Positions 37,301-44,976 of a stretch of 64,000 nucleotides of DNA are shown here, piece by piece. This DNA comes from a virus, in the IMG/VR virus record IMGVR_UViG_3300025687_000001, positions 64,001 to 128,000 of that record, one strand, 5' to 3'. Below the pieces are notes generated by a model. It did not search any database. It saw nothing but the letters and a program-made list of their open reading frames with translations, and had not been told where the DNA came from. Positions within the stretch are counted from its first letter, which is position 1. Each line of letters starts with the position of its first letter. The position numbers and the translations under genes are program-made.

Positions 37301-37977
37301 CCCTCCTTAGGGACCACCAGGAGGTCAAGGTCTTTTGGGTCGGGGTGGCCCCTCCCGGTGGAGCCTACAGTAGCCTGGTAGCGAATTTGGTCTGCTAGGG
37401 ACTCTGGGGCCGCACCACTCTGCTTAGGAAACAGCGAAGTATACCCAGACCTAAAAACCTCGGGCAGCGACCCCACGGTGGCCCCCGCCCCCGCCCCACC
37501 AAGAAGCGCGATCAGCTTGTGCTTGGGGAGCAGCTTTGTGAAGCCCTTGTTGGGGTGAGCTGCTTCCCAAATTGCGCCAGACAACGCCCCTGCTGCCGGC
37601 GCTACCCCTAGGGCTCGGTCCGTTAGCGTCGGCTCCTGCGATCCCGTGTTCCAGAACGCTTTCTTCTCCTCCTGCCCGCCAAACAGCGCCCGCACCGCCA
37701 AAGCTTCCTCGTCGCTGTACCCGCGCTCGGACCCCTTGTGAGCTCCGCCTACCCAGAGCCTGTCAGGGTAGAGATGAACCTGCCCCCGCTCAGTGTGCAG
37801 TCCGTAGTGCGGGCCGCGCTTGGACTCTCCGAAGTGCGCTCGAGGACCGAACTTGAGATGCACCGGTTCGTACTTAGAGCCAGGGCTCCGCTTAGCCGCG
37901 CGCTTCTTCTTGAGGCGCTCGATTTCCGCTATGAACTGTAGGAGCTCGTTCTGAGTCGGGGTACCTTGGTCGTTCAC
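31309..37977 (-). CDS. 2222-aa polyvalent multi-enzyme protein
   Basis: PolX-like GS..DLD and GYTFNRYGL; ART-like FRG..FTT; GNAT V.PEHRGKGLA; LigD phosphoesterase HWDLRL..SWAVP..YGAG; two GDIV..H..C domains; HELGH. Confidence 0.75.
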   Translation of the reverse strand: MNDQGTPTQNELLQFIAEIERLKKKRAAKRSPGSKYEPVHLKFGPRAHFGESKRGPHYGLHTERGQVHLYPDRLWVGGAHKGSERGYSDEEALAVRALFGGQEEKKAFWNTGSQEPTLTDRALGVAPAAGALSGAIWEAAHPNKGFTKLLPKHKLIALLGGAGAGATVGSLPEVFRSGYTSLFPKQSGAAPESLADQIRYQATVGSTGRGHPDPKDLDLLVVPKEGVTDLPKQPGVDVFKTTEEHFEPALAQWLRGKGIIHDKRLAKEKGYTFNRYGLHREGEPSITDLDEIYARIGREGGVPESLREELERWREFKKSSSAPISKYAARASTRQALALLEEVRPGITKEIKRLHAAGPDVGPKSNAAIADLLNPTTRQERKDWYGALERRFGVPESGKPGRGAGDVVDELIEGNAQRRRVGARADSAARELYRAHAWSGSKPAYQVRRDIAAATDSIRERAKGKHLPAADEVLLPSTGSAEILANPSSPTDVLFRGNALPEEGGKLVFTTRHPDVAAGYATGIVGEPSWAPVDGKLFAYSRSGAAGSYPEVHSHAVTKASDLWDRPYYERFVRDSNRTADPTSVVSTRNPTYEVPLFRRELEAPLGEYRVRPARDVQGNPAFAVRTVGGAPFAELLRTKTSEINFLMGDVAAGKTTLADKLRGHYDVVESPWARSELKKFSEEAGLPQGEFAPGIPYKLLLEANQEPYLRGYVRPRDKDRVRVPITVDGEIVGFHTPRQSRGSGMHRVGAIYVQPEHRGKGLAAQAIREHVAKHGDGIAFIETSNEPSRKAFLAAGFEEGDYEDRWGGGNWFRKKQSSEEFAPGIPASRQIHPIPEVQDANWRLTTQLHNANRAGKHWDLRLVDPETSRAHSWAVPRAQWPDEKRQKLLALLQPTHTADYAGWSGEIPEGTYGAGKVDAILDADTMVSSAPGKVEFDVPDQGKMRLLRTKDGKWLLTRVKTSAFWKSEKPTNLGQDFAAGLGPFGVWTSEYGARNQRAGISEGEHNLKQGVGIAGGLAGGGLLVPSMVTGLIEGFKGGAKGGWRGLGRGFLEGAAMPFRGVYHGRRATKLLDEAARAPKGYSRKLTRPEKDSLEFITGQTPVSTVMETGGNLGTPSASRKVREAIEAGDMSALTPLQQLDKGHLPPEVARAMQPAAQSGYNTFLAQLGIGAGIGGIGAGVQYSKGREGEKTGAALPWQQDEESHALRNSLMGVAAGVPAVTALTNRRAPLHTPGTSTHNFDYITANLKPGDIVLSGSDKGDPIRNLVAATQGSADYTHANVGWGPGKVLDIAPDRRHVMSDIGDAGINPERRVRILRHKDPAMASLTGEQDRAKFLQSMYGQHGDAPTYSVGKSVKSGLREILVPDPVAKLWGKLTNKQPKTPSQLGEEVRCAGGVCTVLPGGTMDPASKARQNKSLSSLLPRDIASDPSLETVLEYTPDPEEAKARAVRDLRAAGMSTEDAIAEVAKQQRSALRRDKLLRHAPNIARGAIGLGGAGAIYGLSKVNPEDVSVPEVAAGLGLGAAGAVPFLHKPLSMAAVNNYRKQINEYGDKRLRDIMAEGFSLDQAKAKVEADMQDFGRKIINDRGLVHVSPEGGFGVTADRNHPMNRGVESPTYDYSRRQAVQAHTPEFLAHELGHARDFENRARRSGALTLDDQIRAAIRTDMNAAPKRDTLKGALRVLRDETMANAYALQDLKKHRGLAETLRGAKRIAPAYSTYLLDVAKHLKKPGAALMAGGAGLGLHGLVADREKTSEDEESHAIRNSLMAAAAGMPALAAITNKRAPLHTPGSTTENWDAFIRQLPPGDVVLSGPGLSGNKQDMMKGFMGGSDFIHSNLMYDRYNAIDTLEGRENLISRMSESGMSPDRNVRILRRKDRTGGAAEARKGFSDRLAPDQKAFMNALTDEEGRALHYNNPKAIRAGLREVFVPDPVAKVYGKLTGRSNQTLAQAAREANCEGGICTTAPGGLMDRDSATRQRKSIGTILPSDIGSDDMYETITEYRPSQEALREIAIDRELEKGLSQEAAEASADKLLARQARRQKWLKHAPNLLRGAAAAGGAGAVYGASKINPEDVSLPEVAGGLGLAGMASLPFTQGGANLILNNEQGKALRRDLPEVIREYLAQPKDVVPNADYARRVLGRETREGMSALNKVRKTEGLLEALKQTRNVTPRQLSALVDYLGRMPKGLGTLLTAGGIGLAGHGLTADKELTAVDELKELLS

Positions 37978-38029
37978 GGCTTATCAGCCCCACATTAAGA
38001 CTAATTCAGTTATAAGATAATTGACCGAG

Positions 38030-38503
38030 ATGAACATCTTTGTATTGGACTCGGACCCCGCAAAAGCGGCTGAATTCCACTGTGATAACCACGTCGGAAA
38101 GATGCTGCTGGAGTCCGTGCAAATGCTCTCCACGGTGCGTCGACTCTACGGGTATACCGCGCCCTACAGAGCTACGCACCCAAACCACCCTGCGACTGTG
38201 TGGGTCAGGGAATCCAGAGCCAATTACGTTTGGCTGTATGACCTGGCTCGAGAACTAGACATCCAGCACGTCGCACGCTTTGGCACACGGCACAGCTCCG
38301 GCAAAGCACTGAGCAAAGTGCTCCTGGTGCCCGCTGAGCTCCCGGACACTCCGCGTACAAAGTTCGCTCAGTGCATGCCGCCCAAGTACCAGCACGCTGA
38401 CGCGGTCGTGGCCTACCGAAAGTTCTACGCTGGGGAGAAGGCGCACTTTGCTACCTGGCGCAACGAAGAGCCGTATTGGTGGCGAATTATGTGTCATAAG
38501 TGA
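38030..38503 (+). CDS. pyrimidine dimer DNA glycosylase (DenV family)
   Basis: MNIFVLD.DP..AA..HCD.HV.KMLLE..QMLST..H.NHP...W..YR.FY. Confidence 0.8.
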   Translation: MNIFVLDSDPAKAAEFHCDNHVGKMLLESVQMLSTVRRLYGYTAPYRATHPNHPATVWVRESRANYVWLYDLARELDIQHVARFGTRHSSGKALSKVLLVPAELPDTPRTKFAQCMPPKYQHADAVVAYRKFYAGEKAHFATWRNEEPYWWRIMCHK

Positions 38504-38507
38504 ACAC

Positions 38508-38777
38508 ATGGAAGCAATGCCAGCGTTGTTGGCTCTCACTGCGCCGTCTCTGGCGCGCGGGCCCAACTACCGCCCTTCGCGGCTACACCAAGCCGCTGTA
38601 GAATACTACCTGGGGTGCATACCTACTCAGTACGCGCCCCAGCTTGTCAAAACCTGCCGTGCCTGGCTCCGCCGCCAGCTCACCTGGAGCCACGTTGTCG
38701 CTGCTTGGGCTGCTGCGTGGGAGAACTACTACCGAACTTCTCCGCCGCACCTCATTCGAGAAGTACGATGCCCATAG
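38508..38777 (+). CDS. hypothetical protein
   Basis: ATG 7 nt after promoter-like GTCATAAG. Confidence 0.45.
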   Translation: MEAMPALLALTAPSLARGPNYRPSRLHQAAVEYYLGCIPTQYAPQLVKTCRAWLRRQLTWSHVVAAWAAAWENYYRTSPPHLIREVRCP

Positions 38778-39064
38778 CGTACACCGGGTGCGAATGCGGC
38801 ACTTGTACGCGCGTAAAGGTCTCCGGCAGCTCCCTAAGCATGAACCACGTGAGCTTTGTAACCTTCGGGATCGGATCCAAGGGGCTGCCGACCTTATTTG
38901 GCATCTCCGCACTGAAGCCCGGGGCGAAATACGTCAAAGAAATGGCAGTGGCGTACAGTAGGCTGAAGAAGCGTAACTGGGCTCCGGAGAACATGGTCTG
39001 CTGGGACTGTGGTGCCCCTGTGGAACTGGTAGGAGATCTGGATGGCGGGGCTGCTAGCGCTTAG
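38768..39064 (+). CDS. Zn-finger-like hypothetical protein
   Basis: CECGTC..CWDCG; ATG at 38768. Confidence 0.45.
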   Translation: MPIAYTGCECGTCTRVKVSGSSLSMNHVSFVTFGIGSKGLPTLFGISALKPGAKYVKEMAVAYSRLKKRNWAPENMVCWDCGAPVELVGDLDGGAASA

Positions 39065-39320
39065 CGCTTTCCTGGGTTTCCTGGCTGGTGCTGCTTGCGC
39101 TGCTTTCAGCCTGGTCAGGGTCTGGTCTCCACAACGCAATAAGTACTTGGAGCGCCGAGCACGCCTCAAGGTCATCGAGGACCTGCGCTTCGAGGCTCGC
39201 GCCTACGACGCCAAAGCTCGCTCTGCGTGGCAGCCGTTTTACATGAACAAATATGCTGCGCGCGCAGAGCAACTACGTCAGCAAGCACAAGACCTAGCGT
39301 ACAAGGAAGAGTCCCTTTAG
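39042..39320 (+). CDS. membrane-anchored hypothetical protein
   Basis: N-terminal hydrophobic helix, GGAG RBS. Confidence 0.5.
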   Translation: MAGLLALSAFLGFLAGAACAAFSLVRVWSPQRNKYLERRARLKVIEDLRFEARAYDAKARSAWQPFYMNKYAARAEQLRQQAQDLAYKEESL

Positions 39321-39350
39321 GACTCCTTCCTTTTAGCCTAGACTTAGGCT

Positions 39351-39863
39351 ATGCGATTTACTCCGTACCTAGCTGCAATCGTTAGCGCGTGGCCCGGCCT
39401 GACTTTAGCTCAGGCTACAGCTGCTTCTGTCAACAAGGGCACCACGTTCACCCTGGAGCTGGTGCTTGCACTTGGTACTGCACTCCTAGCCGTGGGAGCC
39501 TTTGTCCAGAAGTCGAGGCAGATGGAAAAGTCGCTGGAAGAAGCCAGCAAAGAACGCAGGCTACTCTCCGACACAGCGACCAAGATCGAGAAGGACATCA
39601 TTCAGATGGGCAACAGGGCCACAGAGCACGGCCTGGCCGAAGTCGCAACCAGTGTGGCTCAGGCGATGATCATGATGGGGGGAGTGGCGGAGCGGTTAGA
39701 ACGGTCTCAGGAGGCCTTAGAGACCCGCCTGCGAGAATGCGAACGTAACGCCGACCAGACAACTGCGGCATTCCGGGAATTGGCCAAAGCCGCGGGCAAC
39801 GCCGATGAGATGTACCGGCAGCTCAACGCAATGGAGAGGCGTATCGACCGGTTGGAGAGGTAG
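39351..39863 (+). CDS. signal peptide/TM plus coiled-coil protein
   Basis: Two hydrophobic N-terminal segments then heptads. Confidence 0.6.
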   Translation: MRFTPYLAAIVSAWPGLTLAQATAASVNKGTTFTLELVLALGTALLAVGAFVQKSRQMEKSLEEASKERRLLSDTATKIEKDIIQMGNRATEHGLAEVATSVAQAMIMMGGVAERLERSQEALETRLRECERNADQTTAAFRELAKAAGNADEMYRQLNAMERRIDRLER

Positions 39864-39865
39864 CA

Positions 39866-40219
39866 GTGTCCAGCGTAGAAATCCCGCTGGTGCTGGTTGT
39901 TGAGGATAACAACACCGACTACGATCTTCTGGTTGAGCAGCTAGTTACTGAGTACCTGCTTGTTCGAGCCAAGGATGGCTCTGCCGCTATTGAGATGCTC
40001 CTCGGCGGGGCAACCTACTACGCCGCTATCATTGACCTATTGCTTCCGGGGACCAAGACGGGGGCTGATGTGTCCCTAGTCGCAGCGGACCTCGGGGTGC
40101 CTGTACTCATGCTCACTACCACACCAGCGCTAGCGCAAATGTCAGGTTCACTGGGCAGTATCATGGAAAAGGGGGCTGCGCCGGAGGCGGTCCTTACTTG
40201 GTTACGGAGTCTGACGTGA
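39866..40219 (+). CDS. single-domain response regulator (REC)
   Basis: VVEDN, IDLLLPG, MLT, EK. Confidence 0.8.
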   Translation: MSSVEIPLVLVVEDNNTDYDLLVEQLVTEYLLVRAKDGSAAIEMLLGGATYYAAIIDLLLPGTKTGADVSLVAADLGVPVLMLTTTPALAQMSGSLGSIMEKGAAPEAVLTWLRSLT

Positions 40220-40605
40220 GAGTGCTTCTGATCGAGGACTGCCCAGACGATGAGGTCAGGTCCCTAGCAGCTTTGCAGGCGACAGAGATGCCCCTGAACG
40301 TAACGGTGGCGCATAACAGCGGTGATGCGAAGAAGTCCCTGGAGGAGTCCGGTCCCTGGGACATAGTCCTTGTGGACTTTCGACTGCCTGGGAGCATCGA
40401 CGGGGTGACGCTGGCCGAGCTGGCTATGGAGTTGTACCCCGACGCACGGGTCGCGATGTTGACCGGACTCCCCGAAGCAGCGTCTCGTGCGTTAAAAGAC
40501 AACCGTATCCTGGTGTTTGGTAAGGACATCTTCTTGCGTGGGCACGTCGCAGCGCTGGTCCACGACGCTTCTATCCAGCCGGGCACGTTGTACGCGGTAG
40601 GCTGA
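40216..40605 (+). CDS. single-domain response regulator (REC)
   Basis: LIEDC, VDFRLPG, MLTG, GK; GTGA-coupled start. Confidence 0.85.
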   Translation: MRVLLIEDCPDDEVRSLAALQATEMPLNVTVAHNSGDAKKSLEESGPWDIVLVDFRLPGSIDGVTLAELAMELYPDARVAMLTGLPEAASRALKDNRILVFGKDIFLRGHVAALVHDASIQPGTLYAVG

Positions 40606-41888
40606 TGTTTCGGTTAACTGTTGACGCGAAGGGGGTTATTGTCGAGGCGGATGCAGCCGCCTCGCGTCTCCTCGAGAGAGAGCTTGTCGGCGTCTCTGTA
40701 GACGTCCTGGCCGGAGGAGACCACGCCCGTCTACGAAAAGCTGTTGCCCCGGACGAGGCCCGGCCAATGGCGCGGACGCTAAAGCTCGGTCAACGGTATG
40801 TGGACGTCGCGTTTGGTGCTGCCGACGTAAGCAGCAGCCGCCACGTTTGGGTCGCAGACCGAACAACAGAGACCACCGTGTTGCGGCTTTTAGAGCTTGG
40901 CTTGGATCTGGCCTGTACCGCAACAGACGGCTTACATTTTGATTACCTTTCTCCGTCCTGGGAAAAAACACTAGGCTGGTCGCTGGAAGAACTTCGAGCG
41001 CGGCCGTTTGTAGAGTTCGTACACCCGGAAGACGTCCCAGCCACAGCGGCGGTGGCCGAAGAGATGCTCGCTAGTCAAGGTGTGGTGCAGCTGTTCCGCA
41101 ACCGCTACCGGCACAAGAGCGGTTCCTGGGTCTGGCTGGAGTGGATGGCGCGGGTCGCGGACAACATGTTTTGGGCGAGTGCTCGCGACGTGACTCGTTT
41201 GGTCGAGGTCGAAGCTCGACAGACACGCACCTTACGAGAGATGGAGCAGTTCAGTTACGCCGCCGCCCATGATCTGAAGGCGCCGTTACGCCGCATTACC
41301 AGTCTCGCCAGGAGCGCCGTGATGGCGCTGGAAGCCGGTGATAACGAGAAGCTGGTCAAGCGGCTGGAGCAGATCGCTGCCGCCGGAGAAGACGGGTCCT
41401 CGGTCGTCGAGGCAGCGTTGGAGTACGCATGCCTCGGGGGCGAAGTCACGACTGCCCCGGCGGATGTGGAGGATGCCATAGGCGCAGCTCTGAGGCGATC
41501 GGGTGTCCTTCACGGCGGTGCCCCCCTTTCCGCTAAAGGTCCCGAGGGGGTCACTGTGCGGTACCACAAGGAGGGGCTCGTCGCGGCTATCACTAATCTG
41601 CTCGACAACGCGAAGAAGTACGGTGACGGTTCTGCCATCTCCATCACGTGGGACAATAGTGCGCACGGCGGTGCGTGGATTGCCGTGGCAGACCAAGGCC
41701 GCGGTTTCGACCCCGAGTGGGCAGAGCGGGTGTGGGAGCCGGCGTGGAGAGGGCATAGTGACGTGGCAGGACACGGCTTCGGACTGGCCAAAGTACGAAA
41801 GCTGATTGAATCAATGGGCGGCGCCGTGCGGGCGTCGTCCCCCGGTCCGGGCAAGGGGGCCGTCTTTGTGATCGAGTTGGAGCTATGA
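40605..41888 (+). CDS. PAS-domain sensor histidine kinase
   Basis: PAS LGWS.EEL..VHPED; H box AHDLKAPL; N box NLLDNAKKY; G1 DQGRG; G2 GHGFGL. Confidence 0.92.
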   Translation: MFRLTVDAKGVIVEADAAASRLLERELVGVSVDVLAGGDHARLRKAVAPDEARPMARTLKLGQRYVDVAFGAADVSSSRHVWVADRTTETTVLRLLELGLDLACTATDGLHFDYLSPSWEKTLGWSLEELRARPFVEFVHPEDVPATAAVAEEMLASQGVVQLFRNRYRHKSGSWVWLEWMARVADNMFWASARDVTRLVEVEARQTRTLREMEQFSYAAAHDLKAPLRRITSLARSAVMALEAGDNEKLVKRLEQIAAAGEDGSSVVEAALEYACLGGEVTTAPADVEDAIGAALRRSGVLHGGAPLSAKGPEGVTVRYHKEGLVAAITNLLDNAKKYGDGSAISITWDNSAHGGAWIAVADQGRGFDPEWAERVWEPAWRGHSDVAGHGFGLAKVRKLIESMGGAVRASSPGPGKGAVFVIELEL

Positions 41889-41889
41889 A

Positions 41890-42327
41890 ATGGGTGGGTA
41901 CGCAGAGCCGCTGCATGTAGTCGTCTGCGACGACGACGACGTGGATGCTGAGCTAATAGTAGAAGCGTTGGAACGTGAAAGTGTCGCGGACAGCTATACT
42001 CATGTAGACAGCGGTCCAGCACTACTTGCTTACTTGCGAGACCCGAAGACTCCGAGACCTTGCCTCATCCTGCTCGACCTCTCCATGCCGGGTATGAACG
42101 GTCACGACACCCTAAGGGCCGTACGCGGTGACCGCAGCATTCGCGACATCGTAGTCTGCGTTTACTCGACGTCAGGCGAGCTACGAGATGTGCGCGAGGC
42201 ACACGAGATCGGCGTCCAAGGCTATCTCAAGAAACCAGGCACAGCACCGAACGAGACGGAGCGGGTGGTGCGCGGCATCATGGCGCACTTAGAGTACTTC
42301 ATCCTGCCGCACCCTCCGAGGGTGTAG
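41890..42327 (+). CDS. single-domain response regulator (Rcp1-like)
   Basis: CDDDDVD, LLDLSMPGMNG, STS, YLKKP. Confidence 0.9.
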   Translation: MGGYAEPLHVVVCDDDDVDAELIVEALERESVADSYTHVDSGPALLAYLRDPKTPRPCLILLDLSMPGMNGHDTLRAVRGDRSIRDIVVCVYSTSGELRDVREAHEIGVQGYLKKPGTAPNETERVVRGIMAHLEYFILPHPPRV

Positions 42328-42399
42328 TCGGACCCCCACTACCCCCCTACGCCCGCAAAACCCTATACTTGCTGCACCAGACCATAGTGGGCGGTCAGT

Positions 42400-42708
42400 A
42401 TGCAGCGATTGTGGATGATTGCACAGGCAGATAACGGGTTTACCTGCTCTGACGTAACTGGGTCAACTAGAACGGTGCACGCCGGGGAACCCGCTGAGGC
42501 CTTGGCTGATTTGCTGTTTGAGCACTTTGAGAGCCTGTTCCGAACCAAGCACCGAGGCGGCCTGGTTATTCGCGTAGCGGGGCGTCGTACATCGGAAGAT
42601 GACATCCTGGCAGCCGCCTACGAGGTAATCGACGCCCTGCCTCCGGAACTAAGAAGCCCTGTAGCTCGGGCGCTCAACCTGCTGCAGGGAGTAGACAGCG
42701 ATGCGTGA
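42400..42708 (+). CDS. hypothetical protein
   Basis: ORF overlapping the next start. Confidence 0.5.
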   Translation: MQRLWMIAQADNGFTCSDVTGSTRTVHAGEPAEALADLLFEHFESLFRTKHRGGLVIRVAGRRTSEDDILAAAYEVIDALPPELRSPVARALNLLQGVDSDA

Positions 42709-43981
42709 AGACTTAGTAGCGACTGCTCGCGAGCTGTACGCACGCTACCAAAGCAGCCGAGAAGTAGCGCGCCGTATGGGCGTGCACAGGTCCACGGTCT
42801 CTCGTTGGTTAGCCGGAACGCAGGCCCCCACAGGTCCCACACAGACCGCAGATTCCTCGCAGCGCAAAGAGCTAAAAGACAGCATCGAAAACGGCGTACG
42901 CACTATTGAGTCCAACGATGTAGCTACGCTCGAGGACCTCTTGGCGGAGGCTAAGGTCGACCTGGATGAGTGGTTGGTGGTCAAATACAACGTCGGCTAC
43001 CACGTCGTAACCATCAAGGCCAAGCAGGCTGACGGTACACACAAACTCATCAAATCTAGGAACCCTAAAATCAACGCGGTCCTAGAGCGCCGTCCCTCCT
43101 TCTTTGCCCCTGTTGTACGACCTGTAACACCACTAAAGCGCCGTGCAGTCCCGACCACTCCTGACGGAGTGGCACTAATTCTCCCGGACTCCCAGCACGG
43201 TTTTCGCCGCAAACCTGGCGGAGAGTTGGACCCTCTGCACGATGTACGCGCGTGCGACGTAGCCCTGCAGACCGCGGAGTTGCTTCAGCCGGATGAAATC
43301 GTGCTCTTGGGTGACATGTTGGATCTAGCCCCGTGGAGTTCGTACGCGCAGGAGCCCGAGCTCAAGTACACTACGCAACCCGCTATCGAGGCTCTCGCTG
43401 CCTGGCTGGGCGGCTTGAGGAAAGCGTGCCCCTCTGCGAAAATCACGTACCTCGAGGGCAACCATGAGCACCGAATCATTAAGAAACTCAACGACGTACA
43501 TGACGAAGCCTCTACTCTCCGCGGACCTGACTCAGACCTGCCTCTTCTTTCCATCCCCTATTTACTATCTCTCAGCTCCTTGGATATCGACTATGTCGGA
43601 CCGTACGGAGCTAGCTACTGGCTCTGGGGGGTTAGAATTCATCACGGCAATGTGGTCCGTGCACGCGGTGGGGACACCGCGGGGGCAATGTTAGCTCGAG
43701 CTACACACAGCCAGATCGTAGGGCACATCCATCGCCGTGAGGTGGCCTCCCGACGCATACGCACCGAGCACGGGCCGCAGACTGTTACAGCCCTAAGCCC
43801 TGGTTGCTTATGCCGGGTGGACGGCGCAGTGCCCCACAAGCAGGGGGCGGAGGTAGACTGGCAGCAGGGAATGGCGCTGGTCTACAGGCACGAAACTCGT
43901 GCTCAGTCTGTGCAACTCGTACCTATCAACGACGGCGTCGCGTACGTCCATGGGCACAAAATTGAATCCAAAAACGATTAG
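42701..43981 (+). CDS. HTH plus calcineurin-like metallophosphoesterase
   Basis: HTH REVARRMGVHRSTVSRWL; DxH, GD..D, GNHE, HG, GHIH. Confidence 0.85.
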   Translation: MREDLVATARELYARYQSSREVARRMGVHRSTVSRWLAGTQAPTGPTQTADSSQRKELKDSIENGVRTIESNDVATLEDLLAEAKVDLDEWLVVKYNVGYHVVTIKAKQADGTHKLIKSRNPKINAVLERRPSFFAPVVRPVTPLKRRAVPTTPDGVALILPDSQHGFRRKPGGELDPLHDVRACDVALQTAELLQPDEIVLLGDMLDLAPWSSYAQEPELKYTTQPAIEALAAWLGGLRKACPSAKITYLEGNHEHRIIKKLNDVHDEASTLRGPDSDLPLLSIPYLLSLSSLDIDYVGPYGASYWLWGVRIHHGNVVRARGGDTAGAMLARATHSQIVGHIHRREVASRRIRTEHGPQTVTALSPGCLCRVDGAVPHKQGAEVDWQQGMALVYRHETRAQSVQLVPINDGVAYVHGHKIESKND

Positions 43982-44357
43982 CACTGTCCTCGGAGCGGTC
44001 ACGGCTCTCTTTTTAGCCTGGTCTCAGCTAAAAGAAGTGCAAGTGCGCGCACAGAAGACGGCGATAGAAGTTGCAGGCGCTGCTCGCGCTGAAGCGCTAG
44101 CCACAGCTGCCCCCGTCACAAACGCGTGCGCTCGGGAGGTAGAAGCTCTTCGTGCCGAGTTTGACCTGGAGCGGCAGCTTCACATTAAGACCCGCATAGA
44201 GGTGCGTCGATTGCAGAGCTCTGCTCTGGTACGCCGGGACTCTCTGGAATGGGACGCTAGAGAGCTTCGCGAGGCGCGCGGCGAAGTATTCACCGGCCCC
44301 GAAGTTGACCTGGACTCACTGAAGCCTCCCGAGCGGGTCCTCCTGCCTAAGCTTTAA
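43962..44357 (+). CDS. membrane-anchored coiled-coil protein
   Basis: TM then coiled coil; start uncertain (TTG). Confidence 0.45.
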   Translation: MNPKTISTVLGAVTALFLAWSQLKEVQVRAQKTAIEVAGAARAEALATAAPVTNACAREVEALRAEFDLERQLHIKTRIEVRRLQSSALVRRDSLEWDARELREARGEVFTGPEVDLDSLKPPERVLLPKL

Positions 44358-44358
44358 T

Positions 44359-44368
44359 CTGGTATAAG
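44359..44368 (+). promoter_or_regulatory. promoter motif CTGGTATAAG
   Basis: TG plus TATAAG, 8 nt before ATG. Confidence 0.6.
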
Positions 44369-44376
44369 CGGTTAGC

Positions 44377-44727
44377 ATGGAACCATGTAACTGCACCACT
44401 CGTCGTGTGGACCGACGCAGCACCTGCTCCAACGCAGTTGCGCTAAACCTGACCTACGGCGAATTCAATCTTTTCGGCGCCTGGCCTGAAGACACTGATG
44501 AGCAGCCTCTAGCTGGAAGCCTGACCGGCACCATGAGCCGTATTACACCGGCCAACCCCGACTACGTTTTCATAGCGCGCGCAATGCTGCACGCCATCCT
44601 ACGCAAGGGCTGGGTAGAGCGTATCAGCCCTTGCAAGGTTCGCATCACCGAGTCTGGCAAAGCTCTTCGCGAGCAAATCCGCTCTACGCCACACTGGCAA
44701 AAGACCGAGCCTAGACGAGAAGAGTAG
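44377..44727 (+). CDS. winged-helix-like protein
   Basis: ILRKGWVER..VRITESGK wing motif. Confidence 0.5.
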   Translation: MEPCNCTTRRVDRRSTCSNAVALNLTYGEFNLFGAWPEDTDEQPLAGSLTGTMSRITPANPDYVFIARAMLHAILRKGWVERISPCKVRITESGKALREQIRSTPHWQKTEPRREE

Positions 44728-44825
44728 TGGAGCTGACCCTGACAGACCCTGCCACCTTGTTCTTGGTGGTGGTTTGTTCCGGGTTGCTTGCTCGCGCGAT
44801 CAGCAGCTATCTTGGCTGGTAGAGT

Positions 44826-44875
44826 GCTGGGGGCTAGTTTGCCAGCTACGGGTACAACCCAAACTAGCCCCCAGC
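44826..44875. repeat. perfect 16-bp inverted repeat
   Basis: GCTGGGGGCTAGTTTG / CAAACTAGCCCCCAGC. Confidence 0.75.
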
Positions 44876-44976
44876 CGCTGGGAACTCGGACCGCGGAGGG
44901 ACTAGGCGGGGGTGGGGCGACGCAGCGAGATACCCGTTAGCCCGCGACCTCCTACTATTTAGCTCAGGAGAATTAG

